Below, piece by piece: positions 37,713-51,260 of a stretch of 64,000 nt of DNA (positions within the stretch are counted from its first letter, which is position 1; each line of letters starts with the position of its first letter). Under the pieces are notes generated by a model that saw only the letters and a program-made list of their open reading frames with translations, was not told where the DNA came from and made no database searches. The position numbers and the translations under genes were made by a program. The stretch comes from Ptychomitrium polyphyllum (lineage: Eukaryota), in contig OZ316776.1 in assembly GCA_973851085.1 (NCBI GenBank), positions 13,330,001 through 13,394,000 on the forward strand, written 5' to 3'.

Positions 37713-40700
37713 ACACGATTCCCTCCCCATCCACGACCCGCCGTTCCACCACAAGCCGCTGTCCGACCCTCCCGACCTTCCTGCACCCGAATCACACAAC
37801 ACATCCCCACCCAACTCCACCGGCACCACACGGAACAGAACAGGCTCTAGAAGCGCAAACAGAGCTAGGGTTAGCTACAGCACGACGCTCAGAATTCTGC
37901 GAGTGTGTTCGAGCTGCGGGAATTCGAATCAGTGATGGCGGGAGGGGGTGGAGAGCAATTGGACGAGAGCAATATGAGTGAGTGGACACGGACCTCCGGG
38001 ACGGGTGTCGAGAGCGGCACTGGATGGCGAAGGAGGCCCGGCGAGAAAGAGAGAGAGCGACGCTGGAGGTTGCGATATCACAAAGCGCTCAGCCCTAACT
38101 GCGACGGCCGCGATGGGCGTCCATCCGACGGTGGCGCGGAGTCGTCGAGTCGTCGAGTGGTCGCTGCTCGAGCAGGGTCGCCTTGCTAGGAGGCTTCACG
38201 GCACTGCATTCATCCCTCCGGACGTCCATGTCTTCCCTGGGATGAAGAAGTGAACATCTTGCAAGAAAGAAACACCCCCTGGCGTCGGAGGAACGGAATT
38301 CCGTTGCATTTTGGTGTGAATATGGAGTAGGGGTCATGCCTCGAGGAATTTGTAATTGCTCATTGTCATTGTAGTTTGTTGAAACAAGTGGACGACCAGG
38401 TCAACTTTCACTCTTAATTGATTAGCTGATGTGAGGATGTAGTGGAATATTTTTGCTCTATTATTTTAGGTGAAAATATGGTTGTGTTTTGTAAGACATG
38501 AATTACTTTAGATCTCACTTGGCTTTGGAGTGGAACTTCCAATTAGGAGGCTTTTTTATTTTCTTCATAGTTTTTGTTCCTTATGCATGTCTTATATCAC
38601 TTACTTTTATTCTTTTGACATGTTTTCCATATTAAGCAAAAGCAAAGTGTGATGATCCATTCAATATTTGCTCTTATAAGAATCATATAATGGTGTTGTC
38701 CACAATTAAAAGACAACATTGGAATAATATAGATAGATTGTACTTCTAGTTGTCTACAAATAGTTTATATATCCATTTAGGAAAAAGTTGACTTGTTTTT
38801 GACAACCATAACCGCATTGTATTGTAATGTTAAGAATTTTTAGTCATTCAATTTTGGACAACAATTTTATTATAATATTGTTTTGGTTTTGGTTTCCATT
38901 ATCAAATATTATGTATGGTTTTTGTAACAATGTTATCAAATAAAGGAATTCTAAAATGAAGTTATTATCCTTTATTTACTCTTTTACAAGGCTTTTTTTG
39001 TAATATGTCTTCATGCTTCTCTCTTTTATCAAGAATGCTTATGATAACAAAAAATTATTTGAAATTATAGATGGTTATTGTGATGTTCATATGAATCACC
39101 AACTTTGTGGATGATCCCTTAATTACTCTATCTTTCCTTCTATTTTTTTATATGTCTCTTCCTTTAATTTTTCATTAACGCTTCCTCTTATAATTTTATT
39201 TTTTAAAATTCTACTTCTCCATTTATTTCCTCATCTTAGTTAGCATCTTTTTTTCCTTTTAATTCTCTTTGTTTTTTAAAAAAGAAATTGCCATTAAGAT
39301 TCAAACTTTGCAATGAAAATATCTTAATCTTCTTAATTAGTAGTGCCCTGCTTTCTTTTGTTAATGCCCTAGTATTTCATGATAGGTATTTAAAGTACAA
39401 AAAATATTAAATGTTCAAAAACTTGCAAAGGCAATGTGCGTTATAGTTACAATTCAAAAGAATAGCCAACAACAAGGCACTTTGGCTCTACTGACATGGC
39501 TTAGAAGAATACGCTTTAGCTCCTATTAGAGAGTACAACTATCACTTTGACAATAGTTGTCAATTTGGTGGCATAAAGTGGAGTGAAGGCAAAATAGGCA
39601 AAGTTACTATGGCATTAAATTAAAAATTTGTGCCTAAAATTTTTTGAAACAAAAATCATTTATATCCTATCTTTATTCTTTATGCTCATACAATGGTGGA
39701 ACTCCAATTTTCTTTGGAGTGAAGAAGGAAAATGAGAAGGAAGATGAAAGGCACCTATAAGATTATATGCATTGTAAAATGTAAATAAGAATTATGAATA
39801 TTATTATAAGATATTATATACGCATTAATAAAGGCATTGCCAATGTTTATGATGGAATTTACATTAAAGCTAATATTTATTGACTATTTATAAGATACAC
39901 TACTAATTTTTTATTTTTCCTAGCTATAACATGTGTAAGCTTAGAAAAAACCAAATGTCTGTTCTATTAATATTAAATTTTTGAAATGATGTAGCAAATT
40001 AATTACAATATATTCTTATAATTTGGTAGTTTTGTCAACTCACATGCATCTTTTTCAATGTGTTTATACTAAAAGAACTTGTTCTACAAGAAATTTCATG
40101 TACTTTAGACTTTTATCACGACAGCTTCTACTTTTTTCTATTGAATTTTCCTACTTCATTAATATATCTTGTGATAATGCTAAATCTTCAATGTCATCAT
40201 GCATATTAGATTACAGTTTTAAAACTTGGAAGATGAATTTACAGAACACTTCAAGCATAGCTTGACACAAATTGATTAAATGCTTGATGAAAATCTTGTT
40301 ACTTCATGATTATATATTATATTAAACTTTATCTAATTAAAATATCAATTTGCAAAGATCTTGTAAAAAAAGCTATCTTTATTTTTCTTGTCTATTCCTA
40401 TTGAGTTCTTATGCAATTTTATATCCTTTTAATTTATAGAGGTAATTAAATCTTATTGTCAACATTGAATTGAATACAATCATTTTATGCTTATTATGCA
40501 TTTAATTCTATTCTCTCATTGATATTGTATCCTCCATGCATTCTTAAGTATTGCTCATTTATTCCAACTCATGGCATGTAAGTGAGTTTATAGCATCAGT
40601 ATAGTCAAAATTAAAATATAATATTATTTAATGATTTATATGACTTTATAAAATAAAATTTCAACCTTAGTGCATTTAATGACATTAATAGTGATGAATG

Positions 40701-40848
40701 TTAAAACAAAAAAAACAAAGAATTGAATAGGAAGTAGTCTTAAAAATTAGCTTTTAAAGTATTATTAGGTACAAAAATTGGTGCAAGAACTAGAAATATG
40801 CCAATGTGATGAATGTATTTCACAATTTATATTGGTAAGATTGAGGTA

Positions 40849-41038
40849 TACCTTGTCTTGAAATCCTATTGAAGGCCTGTTGAAGGCCTATTGAAGGCCT
40901 ATTGAAAAGGCCTAAAGAAGTTTTTAAAGGAGGTGGAAGTTATTACCTTGTCTTGAAATCCTATTGAAGGCCTGTTGAAGGCCTATTGAAGGCCTATTAA
41001 AAAGGCCTAAAGAAGTTTTCAAAGGAGGTGGAAGTTAT
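40849..41038. repeat. ~95-bp tandem duplication containing an 11-bp subrepeat (CCTATTGAAGG)
   Basis: TACCTTGTCTTGAAATCCTATTGAAGG...GGAGGTGGAAGTTAT occurs twice head-to-tail with about 2 mismatches. Confidence 0.88.
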
Positions 41039-41078
41039 TAGAAGCAGCTTGAAGATTTTAAAAATTAAATGGACTTAT

Positions 41079-42818
41079 TGTTACAAACATATATATTAAA
41101 AGCATCTAAAAAGATTCTTAGAAGGTATAAGAAGGCTAAAGAAACTTCTAAGGAAATTACCTTGGCTAAATGAGCTTCTAAAGAAATTACCCTGGCTTAA
41201 GAAGTTTCCAAAGAAGAACTTAAGGTTGTTTGAATACAAAACAATGTAGTAGAGGCTTTGTAAGAAGCTTCTAAGGCTTGTAATCCTAGCATATATAAGA
41301 GTCGAGGCTGAAGGATTTTTACATTCCACAATGCATTTCTTGTGGATTAGCTCAGATCTTCTAGCCCTATCTCAATACCTTCTTATAGTTCTTTTCTTCT
41401 AATATACCTTGAACATATCTTCTTTCATATCTTGAAATCCTAAAACCTTGTCTTGTCGTTACTATGTCCATAACAATTTATTAAAATTGTCATACAACAA
41501 TATTAGAGCTTGGTATTTTTTGATAGTGAGCGGAATATCCCTCTTTTTGAAAATACTATCACTCTCTAGAGGTTGTGATTTTCTTCCTCTAGGCTAATGT
41601 TGCCTCTTAAATCTTCCTTAGTTTTTGTTTGTTTAGCAATTTCTATTTTGTTTTTATGCCAAAAGGTGTAGAGGTTAATATGACCAATTCAAAAGAAGCC
41701 AAGTTAAAGTCCATTATCAATGTCCTTGAAGCATTGACAATTGAGACCAAGACTTTATCCAAGAAAAAAATAACTTTATTTGACTATAAATAATGGTCAA
41801 GGAATAAAAGCACTCCAATTGCTACTTCAAATCATTCCATGTACTCCATTGTCTAAATTTGCTCTAGTAGAAGATGTAAAAATTCAAACTAGTACTTCAA
41901 TGTCAACAGCCAAAGAACCAAGAATTTCACGCAAAAGTTTAACGATACTCGTTCAAACTTTTGAGGCTTTTATAAACCAAGTTCAACTTTTTACTTTAAT
42001 CTAGCCTCAACAATATTCTACAAATGCTTCATGCTTTGGTTTAATCAAAATGTTGCTTTCAAAACAAGGATTGTTTTGGTTTGTAGCATTTTTTGAAAAT
42101 AATTCATCCATACTTAACAACTTTGATGTGTTTGCATTTGCAAAAACATTTTGACAACTTGCATACGACATCAATTGGAGAGAAGAAATATTAATGAATC
42201 AATTTCATTGGGGCGTATGTGACAAAGTTAAGGATTTGTTGCTAGTTATGCCAAATTCCTAAATACATGATGAGGCCATTATTCAAGCTTTAAAATGTGA
42301 CAACCGTCTAATTCAATTGTGGTAAGATAAACAAGCCTTCATTATGCCGAATCCATGTACCAGCTTCTTAGTAGTCTCAACCACATCCACTTGAAATAAC
42401 TATTTGGAAATAGAAGATATTCACATTACCGCGGTCTGCTTCAAGACACTTATTAAATATAAGAAGAAGCAACAAAGAGAGTTAGGATTCTGTTTGTATT
42501 GTCAAAAACTTAGTCACAAGGTTGATAAATTGCCATAGAGATGCTTACGTACATATGAAATAAAACAATCATGACGCCAAATGGTTTGCAAGAAAACAAA
42601 ATAGTTTCAGCTGCAAAAACAACTATGATAGTTACAATAAGGAATTCCTTGCAATTGTGGGTTCCTTCCAAAAATGGCACTTCTTGCTTGAAAGTGCTAC
42701 ATATCTAATATATTATATATACATGCCACAAGAACTTGGAATTTTTTTATGTCAGCTAGAATATTCCAAATCACCAAGACTTTGCAGCTCTTTTCTCGAG
42801 ACTTTTGATGGCCTTATA
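41079..42818 (+). mobile_element. Decayed Gypsy element: 5' LTR (41079-41475), decayed primer-binding site, gag with zinc-knuckle remnant, RNase H fragment
   Basis: TGTTACAAACAT...CCATAACA termini; AATATTAGAGC resembles the tRNA-Met PBS TGGTATCAGAGC; FEAFINQVQL and CLYCQKLSHKV (gag); NYDSYNKEFLAIVGSFQKWHFLLES (RNase H); many stops. Confidence 0.8.
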
Positions 42819-43462
42819 TGTTAGGGACACAAGAAATAAGAAGCAGAAACGAAGTGTTTTCCAAGAATTAGCTTCCAAAAAGCTAATGATTAACAAGAAC
42901 TTGATACAAAGACTAGAACAAAGCAGGATTCAAGAAAATCCACAACTTGTGTTGGCAAGACTAGGGAATATCTTGTCTTGCCTCCTATTTATACTATGAC
43001 GTTTGTATCTCTTATGATACTTATAAAGAAGCTTCCTACAAGGCTTAAGAATGTTCTGGAAGTCTACAAAACCTTCCCAAGAAGTTTTCTAAGATGTTGG
43101 AACCTTCCTAAGAGGCTTCCAAGGAATTGAAACCTTCCTTGGAAGTTTCTTAAGGTAGCGGAACCTTCTTAAGAAGTTTCCTAAGGTGGTGGAACTTTCA
43201 CAGGAAGTTTTCTAAGATGATGGAACCTTCCTACAAAGTTTCCTAAGGTGATGGAATCTTTGTAGGAAGTTTCCTACAAAGTTACTTAAGATGATAGAAC
43301 CTTCCTAGGAAGTTTCGTAAGGTAGAGGAACTTTCCTAGGAAGCTTCCTAAGAACATAGAAAGACTATGGAGACATCTAAAAGTATTCTAAGAAGCTATT
43401 ATAGTATACTAGAAGGTTCTAAAATGTTCTAAGGATTTATTGCATGATCTATGTCCGTGACA
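42819..43462 (-). mobile_element. Complete single LTR (644 bp, TGTCACGG...CCCTAACA) of the same family as 24037-24729
   Basis: TG...CA termini and high similarity to 24037-24729; the 5-bp flanks (TTATA / GTTTG) do not form a target-site duplication. Confidence 0.88.
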
Positions 43463-45502
43463 GTTTGTAACACCTAATATGTTGTCTTTACCAAGTATCA
43501 TACAAACAATAGGAGCTATCAATATTAAATTATAAGTTCAAAATTCTACTATATCAATAACATTTTTGGCATTAGCAATTAATGCTAATACAACTTATTT
43601 CATGATAATTTAAATAGTAATAACCATACATTTTTTTTTAGTTCAATTACTAAATGTATCTTTTATAGGAGGCATAATTTTAATACAAGCATATATTTTA
43701 TTGGAAGGTTCAATTAAAAATGGAGCTAATTAATACCAAATATAAATTTAATAACCATCTTCTTTTAAAGCAATAGGTTTATAGGATATTATTAAAAATT
43801 AGATGATTACCTTCCATTTGCATATAAGTAGACTTATCTTTGTAGCCCTTAAGATTTTCTAGGCTAAAGGCAAAATAATTACAATACAAGTGAAGAAAAT
43901 CTCATATCTTTTAAACTTTTATAATAAAAAATAGTGGTCTAATTTTAATAGTTAATCATTAAGCTTGGTGGTCTTCTTCCTAATCCATGGAGTACTTCTA
44001 TGTGTTGGTATGGCTTCTAACTAATTAATTAAATTTTCTTAGAGCCTTGGTTAAACCAATAAGAAATAACTTAGATTTTTCAACTTTAATGGATTTTGCC
44101 GTGATGCCTACTAACCATTGTCTTTTTATTTTAAGCAAGTAAATCACAATTTAAGTGTTGCTACATAACAAGGCACATGCTAAAAGTCCATGTTGAAATA
44201 TTGAAAGTTATAATTTGACATAAAAAAAGTGTTGTTAATCTTCCAAAAAGATATGATTTAATAGCCAATGTGCTTGTATTTAAAACTCATGGCTTGCTAT
44301 AAAGCAAGCAAAATTTGCTTTCTAGCATCTAAATCCTATTGGTAGCCAATTCAAGTATTTGATATAACAAATTGAATTGAAATAAGAAGCCAATTAAGAA
44401 GTAAGAAGCCAAGAAGCTAAAAATATAAAAACATCTTAAATAGGTATTAAAATGTTCAATAGCACTTTTTTTATAAATTTTATTAATTCAATTAATATAC
44501 CAATATAAAGCAATAAAGCTTCATCCATACTTTGTAAAAGTTAAACCGCTATTAAACTTATTAATGAATATTTGGCTCCATATTTTTAATCCAACCTTAT
44601 ATATCATTTTATTTTTAAGAATTTGAACCTTTCAATCATTTGATAAATTTTCCACAACTTTGTTTTAATTTTGATACAAATCTAAAAAAAACAATTCATG
44701 CAAAAACTAAAACCTGATAAAAAACTTCTATTTAGTCAATTTGAAAATGTATATAATTTTTTTTAAATTTTATTGCATCTTCTTGCATCTGAGGATTTTT
44801 GATAAATAAAACATTACATAATTTTAAAATGTTGGCAAAGACATACCTACAAGTATAATAAAAAAGTTATATGAATATTTCAAGTCAAGAATCTAAGTCC
44901 TTGGCTAATTCAGAAATAAACATGGAAAATCATAAAAACGTATGTTAATGTTTTATAAGTATGCAACGCTATTTAAAGAATAAGTTTTATCAAACTGATA
45001 TGCTAATTATAAGTAAATTTTATTCAACAATTAAGTTGCTAAAAACCAACAATTATAGTTTTCAAAAGATCCAATTACTATTAAAAAACTTATATAATGC
45101 TAATGGAATGTGTTTCAAAAAAGTTGTAAAGTATAAATTGTGAAAATAGTATAGACAATATTGGTATGAAGTCAAGAAATTTATCAATGAAACTAAAATT
45201 CTTTAAACATAATTTTAAAAATTTCTTTAAATTTTAATTGTTTTGATGAATTGATATTTCTTCAATAAAATATTATAATTTGTTATAATTACTTCTGCTT
45301 TCAACATCCATGCATCTTATATTGGTGTACAAAATGTTTGTGGAATTTTTATTTTCACATATAATAATATAGAATCTTTGTATACTTGAATTTAAATGCT
45401 TTATGAAAATTCTTACTACAATGTATACTCTCAACAGAGTTTCCTAAATTTATCTAGTATTTATTGCAATTAAACCCCTTAGTTTGTTACAAATTTAAAT
45501 CA

Positions 45503-45511
45503 TATACATAT

Positions 45512-45584
<73 letters not shown>
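45503..45584. repeat. (TA)n microsatellite with TACA interruptions at the left end
   Basis: Read directly. Confidence 0.95.
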
Positions 45585-45593
<9 letters not shown>

Positions 45594-48500
45594 TAAATAA
45601 AGAGAATGGAATTGATTTATTAAGTGCTACAAAATCGCTTCATTGGAATCAATAGACATTTTCTTCTTTATTCCTAACTAGAATGTATGAAATTTATATA
45701 TTTTCACATTTGAATGAAAAAAAGTTTAAAATCAGAGTTTAGAGAGGATAAAGTGGTTCTTTGAAATCTTATATCTAATGATGGAATTTGAAATATTTTC
45801 ACATTTGAAGTAAAATTAAACAAAAATAAATTTATGAAATGGTAGTTATATGGGAAAATAGTGTCTAAGCATTATTTTACACAACTCATGTAAGCTTTAA
45901 ATAGGTTTTTGTGAATATTCAAAAAAATGAAAAAAGTTCTACTAGCTTATGCAACCTGTCACGGAGATTAAGAATCTGGAAGCCTACACTTACAGTTAGT
46001 TGAAGATATTGAGAAGAATGATGCATAAAACCCACTGTTTGTTTGATAAGTAGCTTTCTTTTCATTATTGTTTTTTCATTCTTGAGAAAATGATTGATGA
46101 TTATGTGGAAGGAGTACCTACAATTGTACATGTGACAAGGTGAAAGAAAGAATATTTTCTGAGAGGTACTGCAGAATGACTTGGAAATTTTTCTCACTCA
46201 TTCTAAAGTTGTCTATGTAGTAGGTGATTAGACCAATAATGTGTATTGCTTTTATATGCTGGTTTTGGTCATGTGTATGGTCATGCATGTTATTAGTATG
46301 TGGCTTTCTTTAGTGACTTTTTCATGCTTACTTGATTGTAAAATTTCCATACTGACTGCAGCTTGTGACTACATGGTCTTAGAATGTGATGATGGATACA
46401 TGGAGAATGAAAACCAGAGGCATTTCAGGATGCTGCAATAACATTGATGATTATTATAAGTTTTTTACACTCAAGGAAACCCATATTTTCAAAGTCATAC
46501 TTCTGAGAATGTCAAGGAAAGCCATGATTTTGAATGCCCAGCTTTTGTGTTTCTCTGTTCACAATGTCATTCCAACACTGTGGATTTCTGGACATGAATG
46601 CTTGGCTCTAGACCCTTAAGTTTCAACTTTACTGTATTACCAATTATAGAAGTTTGGCTAATGATTACCAGTATTCTGAGTCCAGAATCAGTCTCTCTGA
46701 AAGGCTGCTTCACACCTTTTCCTATAAGGAGGAAGTTTTATCTCAAGGCGTTGGTATGGGAGAAGACAGGAAGATAATAAGATAACCAAGATGAGAAAAG
46801 TTCCCTCTTGCGAATCAGCCCTTTTGATGGCACTCATAGAATGGATCAATAAGAAAAGATCTTCCAACAACAATTGCTACCATGTAAAGAACCAACTTGT
46901 TTTTTATACATCTTCAAATTACTTCTTATAAGTCTTGAATAGAACCTTGAATAGAAAAATTTGAATCATATTATTAAAATTCTTTAAATATGATAGAAAT
47001 ATCTTATTCAAAGGTGTAAAGCGTCCCTAAACTCTGTTAAATATTGATGTGGAATTGTCACAAGGCTATCAAAAGAAAAGGACCATGATCTTTAGATGTA
47101 ATAAATTAAAAAACCACAAATTTCACTAATTTGGATTGGATATGATGAGAACATGCTCTTTTTTGTAGCCTTGCAATCTTCTTATGAAAAACCAATATTA
47201 ATATGATAGATTAGAAGCCAATTCATTTGATGTGAAGTGGCATGCACTCACTAATAGGAATGGACTTAGTTCAACATAAGGACTAACTATTTGTGTGCAT
47301 CATGATAAATTATCTTTAAACAATATTCTACACATAAGGATACTTGATCATACTTCTCAAAATTCATTACAATAGCATCCTTGTAAAGGATGTAGTGATG
47401 TAATTTGATATTCAAATACATAATTATTGTGTCTAAATCATGTAATTTTTCATGTGATTCAAATGGTGGTGTTTTTGAGTACTCCTTTTCATGTGTATAA
47501 ATGTATTGTCAAAATTTTTACATTTGAATGTGTGTAGTGTAGTGAAGATGGTCTTCTTGCAAAAGAGAAAAAAAATATTATAGTGGTAACGGTTAGAGAC
47601 TGCAGAGGATAGACCGTACTCGCCCAGACTCCATCCCCATAGCCAGCTAGGTGTAGGACTTGGGGAAATGTGGCAGGGCAGTGGAGAATGATTGGGGAGA
47701 GCACAGGGTTGAATGTTAGGGGTGCTGCCAGGGGGATGTCGGTAGGATTGATCACATATATCCCTGCAGTTAATTGATGGCGGGGGACTAGGGGAGCCCT
47801 GTCCGCTATGGCCACCTTGTTAGCCGTACATTTAAATCTGCCTGCGGTCTTAATGTATGAACTATCACTTGACATACTGGAGCACTCCTATGCAGTCTCT
47901 CTTGCTGTGTGATTTATATGTCCCATGAGACCATCTGCAACACACTCCAATCCGTCAAAAAATCATCTCATTATTATAATGGAATCTGTATTTGAAACTA
48001 TCAGCATAGAAAGCACATCACAAATGCACATAGAATTAGCATAAATTTTTTGGAAATTGGATTACTATGCTAGTGTGTGGATTTGAGGTGTTGGGTAGAG
48101 CTGATCCATGTTGTATGCGATTTTCTAATGTGCTTCTTAAAGGTAGTAAAATTTTAAAAAATTTCATTCGAAAAAAAGGTTCTCTTTCATAGTTTTGTGT
48201 GTGTGTGTTGTAGATGCTCTAAGGTCCTAGCTAATAGCCCCTGCGTAAGTACCTGATTGTAACTGCAAGACCCAGGACAGAGAGAACGACTTGGAAGTCG
48301 GGTGCTGAACACTTTTGCTTTGGGTGGCGTTGACATCAGTGCATCTTTTGAGCCTGTGGACCAACTGGGGACGCTGGTGTACAGTGTACAGTCGTGATTC
48401 TGTGTATGGAAGCGGCAGTCTATTTCTATTTATAAGGAAAATCAGGACCTAGTGTGATGCTTTGCTTGACTGCATTTGCTTTAGAAATCATTAGTACGCA

Positions 48501-49709
48501 ACCACGAAAAGCAGCAGTCAGCCCTTGATTTGGTTCTTCTCATCCAGGCCAGGGCTGCCTGCTTACCACTAAAGCACAAAGCTCCAAAAAATTCCTTGGT
48601 ACGAAATGGATGGGAATGGAAATCATTTTGGGAAGCGAGATGTGCACCTACGCACTCGTGGGCTACAAGTTACAGATCCCCTGCTAGAGAGTCGAGATCT
48701 CCATAGGGACGGGGTTGAGAGTCGAGAGGCTAATGAGCTTGCGGCCGGGAAAGCTTGAGAGTGCTCGAGTGCTGTCAATGAGAGTGCAAATAAAATTGCT
48801 CGTTGTAACATGACTTATTGAGACTGCCGGGCAGCCTCTGACGTCCACCACGCGACGTTGCTCCCCTGTGGCTTGTGGCTCCTTTTCCTCACCACCTCAC
48901 TCAGAGTCAGACTGCCAGTCACCCCCTCCGTGTCAGCTTACCCACTTCCAATCATCATCGCCCTCCTCATCTTGCACCAGGCTGTACAACTCGCACGCAG
49001 ACTATATCCATGTGACGGCAGCTCTGTGTCTGAGAGTGGAGTAAACGTCATCGTCGTTGCGGTCGTCACTCCCACTTTTGGGCTGGATCGGAATTTGGCC
49101 TCTTCGCTGTGGGTGCAGTTAGGGATCATTTGCACGGTTCTGGAGGATCAGATGTCGTTGTATCTGCAATTGAGAGCAAGGCATCTAGCCAGGTGACTCC
49201 CAAAGAGCCGCTCAGTAATCTCTCTCTCTATTGTTTTGAGGGATGTAGATATCGTTGTTAGATTGTCGCATTCTCCTTCCTTTCTTTTCTTCTGTCTTTT
49301 TGATTTTATTAGAATTCAAGAGAAAAAATTGATACCTCTCCTCTCTCTCCCTCTCTCCCTCCTTCTCGTGCTGGTGAAGGGCTTGAGGCAATGAGAGGGG
49401 ACCTTCGAATCGTCTGCATTACTATCGCCTGAATTACACAAGGCAATCTCTAGGCTCCAATTGCGCACCAGCACTGAGCTCCATTGACGTTGCAATTTTG
49501 GTCTTCGGCAAGGCGAATAGGAATTAGTCTGGATCTTAGGGGTTGGGGGTTCAGACATCGTGAGATCCGCTTCGTGGAAATTTGAAAACTAGGAGTTAGG
49601 GATAATCAGGCGATTGTTAGGTTGGGATTGGGAGCGCAAGGAGGCTAGTAGCGATGTAGTAAGGGGTTCATAGCGTGTAAATATAAGGGAGTGGGGATCC
49701 GAGGTGAAG

Positions 49710-51260
49710 ATGGAGGCGGTGATGGGAGCACGGGGGAGCAAGGTGTCGAGACAATTCATGAATGGGGCCCGGAGGCCGAGGATGTCCAAGCTGATGTACT
49801 TGTGCGGGGCCGCGATGATCGTCTGCATTTTGGCCATAGGGTGGTCGCGGCCGTTACCTGCCACACCCAGCCCGCGCGTCGACAGCCAACCTCTCCAGGC
49901 GGGTATTCTAGAAGATTCAGTGCCGCGTCAATCAGACTCAACAAATCAATTGAATCCTCGATCATCATCGGAGTCAGAGAGCAGGATGCTAGAGTCGCAG
50001 CAGCGGGAAGGTTTGACAGAGGTGGAAGCAATGGTAGCTAGCGGGTGCGACGGACGTCGTGTCTACACATACAACCTGCCGGTTTCAATGAACACGGATT
50101 TACTGGAGCGGTGTGGGGGGAAGCTGGTGCAGTGGATTAATTTCTGCCAGCACTACAGGAACCACGGTTTCGGTGCCGTAGTGAACACGACGGACGAGAA
50201 GTTCCGCAGCGATTGGTACGGGACCGATGCCTACATGCTGGAGGTGATATATTACGTGCGGATGCAGCAGTACGTTTGCTTGACAACGGACGCGACCAAG
50301 GCAGACCTGTTCTACATCCCGTTCTTCGCAGGGCTGGACGCGCTGCCATACCTGTACAAGCGTGACCAGATACCGAAGCCGCAAGGGAGGGAGTTGGTGG
50401 CGTGGCTGGAGCAGAATGCCACGGAGACGTGGAGGCGCTACGGCGGGCGTGACCATTTCTACATTGCGGGGCGCACGGCATGGGACTTCAGCCGCCTTGG
50501 ACGGGAGAAGGGCGGGTGGGGCACAACTCTGTACGCCAATCCGGAGATGGAGAATGTGTCGTCGCTGGTGCTGGAGCGGCGGCCGTGGCGCGACACCGAG
50601 CTGGCCATCCCGTACCCCGTGGGTTTCCATCCGTCGTCGACCGCCAGCTTGCAATCGTGGATTGAGGTGGTGAGATCGTCGCCCCGGACGCATCTATTCT
50701 CTTTCTCTGGAGCATTGCGGCCGCAGATGTCCATCAGCATTCGCGGCATTCTGTCGCAGCAATGCACGGAGGCGGGCAGCGCGTGCACTCGGCTGGATTG
50801 TGCGAAGATTAAGTGCAGCCACGAGCCGGTGGCAATCTACACGAGTCTGTTGAATGCCACATTTTGCTTGCAACCTCGGGGCGATACGGCCACGCGACGG
50901 TCGGTGGTCGACTCCATCGTGGCCGGGTGCATTCCCGTCTTCTTCCACGAGGACACGGCACACACGCAGTACCGGTGGCACCTGCCCCACGACTACGAGA
51001 ATTTCTCCGTCTTCATCTCAGAGGCCAAGATGAAGGACGGCAGTGCCAAAGTGAAGCGCATCCTGGAGGCGTACCCGGCGGAGCAAGTGGAGCAGATGCG
51101 CGCGCGGCTAATCGACATCATGCCGCATGTGCTTTACCGGCACCCCATGAGCATGGATCTGGTCATGGTGGACTCCATGCACGACGCTTTCGACGTCACC
51201 GTGCACGGGCTAGCGCAGCGTGTGGCCGCGTTCAAGGCCTCGGATCTTGTCGGCTTGTGA
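49710..51260 (+). CDS. GT47 (exostosin family) clade-A xyloglucan side-chain glycosyltransferase (MUR3/XLT2-like), intronless Golgi type II membrane protein
   Basis: N-terminal TM (LMYLCGAAMIVCILAIGW), stem, then CDGRRVYTYNLP, WYGTDAYMLEVIYY, ADLFYIPFFAGL, GGRDHF..AGRTAWDF, FCLQPRGDTATRRS..DSIVAGCIPVFF and QYRWHLP. First ATG is at 49710; the ORF track starts at an upstream GTG. Confidence 0.93.
   Translation: MEAVMGARGSKVSRQFMNGARRPRMSKLMYLCGAAMIVCILAIGWSRPLPATPSPRVDSQPLQAGILEDSVPRQSDSTNQLNPRSSSESESRMLESQQREGLTEVEAMVASGCDGRRVYTYNLPVSMNTDLLERCGGKLVQWINFCQHYRNHGFGAVVNTTDEKFRSDWYGTDAYMLEVIYYVRMQQYVCLTTDATKADLFYIPFFAGLDALPYLYKRDQIPKPQGRELVAWLEQNATETWRRYGGRDHFYIAGRTAWDFSRLGREKGGWGTTLYANPEMENVSSLVLERRPWRDTELAIPYPVGFHPSSTASLQSWIEVVRSSPRTHLFSFSGALRPQMSISIRGILSQQCTEAGSACTRLDCAKIKCSHEPVAIYTSLLNATFCLQPRGDTATRRSVVDSIVAGCIPVFFHEDTAHTQYRWHLPHDYENFSVFISEAKMKDGSAKVKRILEAYPAEQVEQMRARLIDIMPHVLYRHPMSMDLVMVDSMHDAFDVTVHGLAQRVAAFKASDLVGL

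Noticed and set aside
35222..38337. Many long overlapping ORFs around RPL13 (e.g. 209 aa, 260 aa)
   Set aside because: Explained by high GC and strand skew; low-complexity Pro/Thr/His/Ser translations antisense to a real gene.
12516..51260. GH16 and GT47 as a cell-wall gene cluster
   Set aside because: They are about 36 kb apart and separated by unrelated housekeeping genes and TE blocks; no evidence of functional linkage.
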